From contig CAXGSM010000001.1 in NCBI GenBank assembly GCA_964012435.1, forward strand, positions 99,377-163,376: a stretch of DNA of 64,000 bases, read 5' to 3'. Below the pieces are notes generated by a model. The model was not told where the DNA came from. It searched no databases and saw only the letters and a program-made list of their open reading frames with translations. Positions 58,251 to 64,000 of this stretch are shown piece by piece; positions within the stretch are counted from its first letter, which is position 1, and each line of letters opens with the position of its first letter. Origin of the DNA: an uncultured bacterium. GTDB lineage: Bacteria; UBP7; UBA6624. The translations under genes were made by a program, and so were the position numbers.

Positions 58251-58415
58251 CTATCTTCCAAGCGTCACTGTGTCTTTGCCACCAGGCTTTCGTTCAAGGT
58301 TTTCAACATCCATAACTTGCCCGATTTTTTCGGAATTATTAAAATTCAATTGCATCTTGTAAGAAAAAGCAGCAACCAAAAAAATTAAAACAAAAATATA
58401 AATTCTTTTCTTCAT
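58251..58415 (-). CDS. Small hypothetical membrane/exported protein (54 aa), absent from the ORF track
   Basis: ATG at 58415 after AAGGTG; MKKRIYIFVLIFLVAAFSY signal/TM; TAG at 58251-58253; fills the gap. Confidence 0.6.
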   Translation of the reverse strand: MKKRIYIFVLIFLVAAFSYKMQLNFNNSEKIGQVMDVENLERKPGGKDTVTLGR

Positions 58416-58426
58416 AATATCACCTT

Positions 58427-61400
58427 TTATTTTGTATCAACAATAACCTCATCAATTTGCCAACCAGCACCAATTACACCATCAAAATTACCATCAGCAT
58501 CTAAAGTTTGATCGTCTTCTCCCCAAAAAATGAAACAAACATATTTGCCTCTAAATGGACTGAGATCAATAACTCTTTGGCTGCTTCCTTCACCACTTGC
58601 AAAAGTATCTCCACCGCTAACACTGTGCATATAAACATTTCCACCTGCATAGCAATCGCTTATCTGGCTGTCGCTCCATCTGACAACTATGCCAAAAGTG
58701 CTTGGCTGAGGGGTTTCATAAAGCTCATTAAACAATAATCTTGTCCACCCTCCTTCTGAAACAAAATAACCATTTGCTCCACTAGTATCTCCTGGGGTGC
58801 CAGGATATGTTATCTGTAATGCGCCATCGTCATAAACCCAACCGTCAAGATAGTTCCCGACACTAAAGGTTGGATTCGTTATCCACATTTTGCAGTCAAG
58901 ATCACCATCATCACCCGGTATAACTCTCCACCACTGCGTGCAGTCATCTGTATCATCAGCAGTACCTTCTATGCCATCAGGGCCTGCGCAACTCTTCACC
59001 CATGTACCTTGTTCTGTCCAGTCATTCTGGTCAAAACAACTTGCTCCATCGCCAGGAAAAGGTTCATAGAATAAAGTTTTCGTGAAGTCAGGCTGTTCTA
59101 CAAGTTGTATATTGTCAAAAATAAAACCAGTATCGACATTAGCATCATTTGTTCTTTGCGCTAAACCAAAACAGATATTTGAATTCCCCGCAAATTGACT
59201 GAAGTCAAGATAAAGATATGTCCAATCAGTTGTATCAAGTGATGGATTCAAATCGCCATTATCGTTAAATATTGGTGTTTGTGAGTTCCATGAACCAGTC
59301 ATGCAGTCATTGGAAATTGAATCAGTGCTTACCCAAAGTGCAATGTTTTCAAAATCTAAATCCGGCCTATTTAATTGATGTGCTAAAACTAATGCTGGAT
59401 TATTTATGCCTGAAAGATCTAAAGGCTGCGCAGTTATGAAAACAGAATCTTGACTATTGTCATAATTTTGAGTACTTGTATTCCATGCAGCTATCCATGA
59501 CTGACCAGAATATGAAGCATTCAGAGTTGAACTTGACCAAACCTGGAAAAAGGTGGTGTCTGTTCCATCAAATGTTGTTGATGTCCAGTTGCCAGTTCCA
59601 GCTACTGCATCATAAAGAACATCACCTTCAAAATTGTCATACATATAAGTTGGGTATGTGAGGGATGTTTCCGGCAATGTTACAGTTCCTTTTGATCCAT
59701 CATCCGCAACAGCTTCAACAGCGTAACAATACTTTGAATTTAAAGCAAGACTGTCTAAAACAATTCCACATTTTCCATCAGAGCAATCAACAGTCTCTTG
59801 GCTGCTGTTGTATGACCCACTATCAATTGCTGGACATTCTGATTTGCTACCATTTGAAGAAGCGTTTGTTGCCCAAGTGTAGACTAAATACTCACATTGT
59901 CCACTTGATGGACCTGTAGAGCTGCAATGAGATTGTTCATAATCCAAATAACCATCATTCCAGTCAAGATCGACATCTGTTACAGCCTGAGAGTTAAAGA
60001 AGGAGCCTTCCATGCTTGGGCCAGCAAGCAAATTAGAAAATGAATCAGTAATGATAAGCCAATCATAAGAAGCAGGAGATGAATCAGTTAGACCTCCAGA
60101 GTTGGATGCCCTTACCCTAAAGTTGTTTTCTCCATAAGGCAAATCAGAAGAATAGTTTTTTGGACTTGTACATGTTTCCCAAATATCCTGGTTCAAAGAG
60201 CATTCAAAAGTCGCTTCTGAATCATCCGAGCTAAATGTAAAATCAGCTGTTCTTATAAAAGTTTTTAATGGTGGAGAGCTGTCTATAAAAGTATCTGGAG
60301 GCAAGATGCTTGAATCAATAAACCAACTCCAAGAAGCAGGAGTTTGATCCATATTTCCAGCTTCATCAATTGCCCTCACCTCAAAAACATGAGTGCCTTC
60401 AGAAAGCCCTAAGTATTCCTTGGGGCTCATGCATGACTCCCATTCGTTAAGGTCCAATTTACACTCAAAAGTGCTGTTTGGCTCACTGCTTTCAAAAATG
60501 AAACTTGCTGAAGGGTCTGGTGTTGGATCTGGAGGACCATCTATTATTTGTGTCTCTGGTTCAGTTTGGTCTATTGTCCAGGTCCAAGATGCTGGTGTCA
60601 AGTCTTCATTTCCAGCTTCATCAATTGACTTAACCATAAATGTATGCAATCCTTCAAGAAGGTCTGAATAATCTTTTGTCCCTCCATCACATTGTTCCCA
60701 TTCCGAATCATCAATTTTGCACATAAAGTAATCTGTCGATTCATCATCATGATAAACAAAAGAAGCCGAAGTTAAACTTGTCGGATCATTTGGTCCAGAG
60801 TCAATGTACGTTTCTGAAGGTGTTACATCTACATTCCAAGACCATGAATCTCCAGTTGTGTCAGTGTTGCCCGCTTCATCAGTAGCATAAACCTTAAACA
60901 CATGACCTCCTTCTGTTAGGTTACTGTAAGTAATTGAACCATCATTGCATTCAGTTAGATCACCACCATCTAATTCACATTGGAATGTAGCGTTTGGGTT
61001 TTCAGGACTTTCATACGTGAAAGTAGGACTTGTATTATTTGAAGGGTCAGAAGGTCCTGTGAGAATAACCGTAGTTGGATTAATAGTGTCTATACTCCAT
61101 GTCCAAGCATCCGCAGCACCCAGGTTGCCTAGGTCATCAGTTGACCGAACTTCAAATGTGTGATTTGAATTTTGCTCTAGGTTCAAATATGTCTTTGGGC
61201 TCGTGCATGATTCCCATTCGCCATCATCCAACTTGCATTCAGAAGTTGAGCTTTCATCTGTAGACCATTCAAAAACAGCATCTATTGAATTGGTTGGATC
61301 CATAGGTGCTGAAGTTATTGATGTTACTGGTCCGGTTATGTCTATCAGCCAGCTGTATTCCGAAGGGGTTGGGTCAATGTTTCCAGCAAGGTCTTGAGAC

Positions 61401-64000
61401 CTTGTTGAAAAAGTATGGCTTCCGTCTGTTAATTCAATATAGGTTAGACCGCTTTCACATACTTCCCATTCGCCATCATCTAACTTGCATTCAAAAGTTG
61501 CTTCTGTGTCTGAAGGGCTTGAAAACGTAAATGTTGCTTCAGTAGATGTTGTTGGATCTAATGGGGTTGAATCAATTTGAGTTGTAGGCGAAACTGTATC
61601 TATTGTCCAGATCCACGTCGCTGGAGATATGTCTTCATTTCCAAGAGAGTCAAAAGCTTTAACCTCAAATGTAAATTCACCATCTGTTTGAGATGGATAA
61701 GTTTTTGGACTTGTGCATGATTCCCATTCAGTAATGATTGGCAATAGTCTGCATTCGAAAGTTGCTTCTGGGTCGTCAGAAGACTCTTTGAAGGAAAATA
61801 CTGGAATGGTTGAATTTGTAGGATCAGTAGGACCGTTTGTTATTTCAGTCTGTGCACCTGTAGTGTCAATATTCCAAACATGTTCAGCATTTGCACCCTG
61901 CTCTTCAATATTGCCTGCAAGGTCTACACTCCATGCTTTGAATGTCCACTCCCCTTCGGGCAATGATGAATAATCCGCAGAATATGATCCATCTCCTTGA
62001 TCTGTCATTTCTTCTCCAGTGCATGTTCCATCATTTGAAATGCAATAAAAAACTGAAGTTAGGCCAGGGAGCGTTTCCCATGGTTGATCTTGGACATCGA
62101 CTTCAAAAGTTCCATCGGTTTCATTTGAAGGATCTGAAGGTGAGCTTGTTATTGTGGTTGTAGGGGCAGCTCTATCTACATTAGTTGTGCTTTCTGCTGG
62201 AGTTGAATCAATGTTATTTGCTGCATCCCAGGCTCTAACCATGAATGTATGTGTTCCTTCAGCTAAAAGCTCATACTCTTTTGGACTTGTGCAGAAATTC
62301 CATGTACTGGCTGATGCAAATTTACACTGGAAGAAAGGAGCCTCTTCATCTGCTGAGAAATGCCAAGCTATAGTATCTTCATTTGTATATATGGAAGGTT
62401 CAATAGTTATATTTGTTTCTGGTGGAGTTTGGTCAATTGTCCATTCTCTTTCAGCAGGTGTCGGATCTGCTGTTCCAACATCATTCAAAGCCCGAACATA
62501 AAATGTTTTTGTTCCTTCTGTTAAGTCAATATAAGTTTTTGAACCTGAACCATTTACACCGTTGCAAGAAGTGTAAACGGTTTCATCAGGGCTTAACATG
62601 CACTCGAAGAAACTATCTCCTTCAGGATTTACAAAAGTGAAATTAGCACTGTTTACATTTGTTATTCCGCTAGGGCCAGAAGTAATTGTTGTATCCGGTA
62701 TCGATAAATCTATCGTCCAGACGTAATCTGCAGGATTTCCAATGTTTCCCGCAATATCTTGAGATTTAACATAAAAAGTATGTTCACCTCCAGATAAATC
62801 AGAATAAGTTTTTGGACTTGAGCAAGATGTTTCCCATGCCCCCTCATCTAACTTGCATTCAAAAATACTACCCGTCTCGTTTGAGGAAAATTCAAAAGTT
62901 GCCTCATTGGATCCAGATAAAGATGGAGGACCTGAGTTGATTGTTGTGCTTGGATTGGTTGTATCTATGGTAAAAGAGTAAGAATCAGGATCACTTATAT
63001 TTCCTGCAAGGTCAGTTGCTCTTACTTCAAAAACATATGCACCTTCTTGGTTTAGTCCAGAATAAGTTTTGCCTGTTGATCCAGAACAGGATTCCCAATC
63101 TATATTGATGCCGCCACTAAGCTTGCACTCAAACTCTCCAGCAGGAAGTGTATCTTCATTGCTTGAGTAAGTGAATGTAACGGTTGTTTCGTTTGTCGGA
63201 TCATTAGGGCCAGAGTCCACGGAGACTTCTGGCTTAACAGTATCAACTGTCCAGCTTAAAGTTTTTTCAACATCTTCAATTTCACCTATCGTTAAGTGAT
63301 GAGCTTTAACTGTCAGACTTTGAGAACCCTCGGTCAAGCCAGAAGACAACCAGTAATGTCCATCAGCAGGATCTTCATCATTGCAATCAAACCAGCTTGA
63401 ACTGTTCAAATTACATTCAAAAGAGACCTCTCCGGGGTAATTTGTTTCAAAATATATTTTTAAACCTGTAACTTCATTTGAGAAATCACCCTCTTCAATA
63501 TCGCTAGGAGGATTTCCCTTGAATGTAATTTCTAAAGGTATGTTTTCTATGATCACAAAATAATCACGTTCTTCAACTTCATCTCCTCTAATTGTGGAGT
63601 TTCCAAGTAGATCTTGGACTTTGATCTCGATAAAATATTCTGAATTAGCTTGTTCCAGAACTGGCAAATCATCATAAGTTGCAATCCATGTATTAGCCTC
63701 AGCACCTGGACTAGTTGGAATCCATGTTGGGTCTACATAAGTAACATTTCCGCTATCATCTAATATAGCCATTCTGTGGTGTGCAGGATCATTGCTGTCC
63801 AAATCTTCAGCATCGCTTCCAAATTCAAACTCAATAATCTCATCCAAAACAACCTGCTCTGTATCAGGGGTTCTGGTGTATGTGTTTATGCTTGGCCCTG
63901 TAAGGTCTATATTCCATGTGTATGATTCAGATGCAGAATTACCTAGACTATCAAGACTATCTACTATAAAAGTGTAACTGCCTTCTGTTAGAGGTGTGGT
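58427..64000 (-). CDS. Giant acidic surface/secreted protein with tandem Ig-like repeats (5' end outside window)
   Basis: Frame open to base 64000; 13 Cys-paired ~85-95 aa repeats (P.T.I.SGP..PT...A.F.FS...FEC.LD...W..C.SPK.Y..L.EG.H.F.V.A.D.AGN). Confidence 0.92.
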   Translation of the reverse strand, partial: TTPLTEGSYTFIVDSLDSLGNSASESYTWNIDLTGPSINTYTRTPDTEQVVLDEIIEFEFGSDAEDLDSNDPAHHRMAILDDSGNVTYVDPTWIPTSPGAEANTWIATYDDLPVLEQANSEYFIEIKVQDLLGNSTIRGDEVEERDYFVIIENIPLEITFKGNPPSDIEEGDFSNEVTGLKIYFETNYPGEVSFECNLNSSSWFDCNDEDPADGHYWLSSGLTEGSQSLTVKAHHLTIGEIEDVEKTLSWTVDTVKPEVSVDSGPNDPTNETTVTFTYSSNEDTLPAGEFECKLSGGINIDWESCSGSTGKTYSGLNQEGAYVFEVRATDLAGNISDPDSYSFTIDTTNPSTTINSGPPSLSGSNEATFEFSSNETGSIFECKLDEGAWETSCSSPKTYSDLSGGEHTFYVKSQDIAGNIGNPADYVWTIDLSIPDTTITSGPSGITNVNSANFTFVNPEGDSFFECMLSPDETVYTSCNGVNGSGSKTYIDLTEGTKTFYVRALNDVGTADPTPAEREWTIDQTPPETNITIEPSIYTNEDTIAWHFSADEEAPFFQCKFASASTWNFCTSPKEYELLAEGTHTFMVRAWDAANNIDSTPAESTTNVDRAAPTTTITSSPSDPSNETDGTFEVDVQDQPWETLPGLTSVFYCISNDGTCTGEEMTDQGDGSYSADYSSLPEGEWTFKAWSVDLAGNIEEQGANAEHVWNIDTTGAQTEITNGPTDPTNSTIPVFSFKESSDDPEATFECRLLPIITEWESCTSPKTYPSQTDGEFTFEVKAFDSLGNEDISPATWIWTIDTVSPTTQIDSTPLDPTTSTEATFTFSSPSDTEATFECKLDDGEWEVCESGLTYIELTDGSHTFSTRSQDLAGNIDPTPSEYSWLIDITGPVTSITSAPMDPTNSIDAVFEWSTDESSTSECKLDDGEWESCTSPKTYLNLEQNSNHTFEVRSTDDLGNLGAADAWTWSIDTINPTTVILTGPSDPSNNTSPTFTYESPENPNATFQCELDGGDLTECNDGSITYSNLTEGGHVFKVYATDEAGNTDTTGDSWSWNVDVTPSETYIDSGPNDPTSLTSASFVYHDDESTDYFMCKIDDSEWEQCDGGTKDYSDLLEGLHTFMVKSIDEAGNEDLTPASWTWTIDQTEPETQIIDGPPDPTPDPSASFIFESSEPNSTFECKLDLNEWESCMSPKEYLGLSEGTHVFEVRAIDEAGNMDQTPASWSWFIDSSILPPDTFIDSSPPLKTFIRTADFTFSSDDSEATFECSLNQDIWETCTSPKNYSSDLPYGENNFRVRASNSGGLTDSSPASYDWLIITDSFSNLLAGPSMEGSFFNSQAVTDVDLDWNDGYLDYEQSHCSSTGPSSGQCEYLVYTWATNASSNGSKSECPAIDSGSYNSSQETVDCSDGKCGIVLDSLALNSKYCYAVEAVADDGSKGTVTLPETSLTYPTYMYDNFEGDVLYDAVAGTGNWTSTTFDGTDTTFFQVWSSSTLNASYSGQSWIAAWNTSTQNYDNSQDSVFITAQPLDLSGINNPALVLAHQLNRPDLDFENIALWVSTDSISNDCMTGSWNSQTPIFNDNGDLNPSLDTTDWTYLYLDFSQFAGNSNICFGLAQRTNDANVDTGFIFDNIQLVEQPDFTKTLFYEPFPGDGASCFDQNDWTEQGTWVKSCAGPDGIEGTADDTDDCTQWWRVIPGDDGDLDCKMWITNPTFSVGNYLDGWVYDDGALQITYPGTPGDTSGANGYFVSEGGWTRLLFNELYETPQPSTFGIVVRWSDSQISDCYAGGNVYMHSVSGGDTFASGEGSSQRVIDLSPFRGKYVCFIFWGEDDQTLDADGNFDGVIGAGWQIDEVIVDTK

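Noticed and set aside
417..63977. Dozens of 60-190 aa ORFs antisense to or nested in called genes (e.g. 3041-3619, 38330-38764, 62154-62501)
   Set aside because: They lie wholly within well-supported genes, have Ser/Phe/Ile-rich antisense composition and show no motifs
1..64000. Alternative genetic code or selenocysteine recoding
   Set aside because: Conserved proteins translate full length with the standard code, and TGA, TAG and TAA all end genes at expected positions

Overview
AT-rich, very tightly packed bacterial chromosome segment (standard genetic code, many overlapping stop/start codons, frequent TTG/GTG starts) with about 63 CDS and two tRNAs (Pro-UGG, Ile-GAU). No CRISPR array, rRNA, integrase or transposase was seen. 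Content is mostly housekeeping in scrambled operons: murG/murJ with a MacAB-like ABC system, guaB3-guaA-hpt-rho-dnaG, dnaE-folE2, mlaEFD-yebC-rusA, gatC-pheS-folC, NAD/folate genes, pheT-ribDE(BA)H-birA, and the 3' part of a giant Ig-repeat surface protein. The gene mix suggests a streamlined diderm of the Terrabacteria (inference). Best leads: (1) an HPRT homologue with substituted catalytic residues between guaBA and rho-dnaG, with a hairpin in the guaB leader (possible PRTase-derived regulator); (2) a complete 4-hydroxybenzoyl-CoA-reductase-like hcrCAB-mocA/xdhC locus with no aromatic pathway nearby, whose promoter has a tandem repeat sharing a 9-mer with the guaB leader; (3) RusA in the slot normally held by ruvC/ruvAB; (4) a long MlaD with a probable C-terminal beta-barrel; (5) pervasive apparently leaderless genes with back-to-back -10 boxes; (6) unexplained GC-rich RNA hairpins. 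All calls come from reading motifs by eye; no database searches were run.
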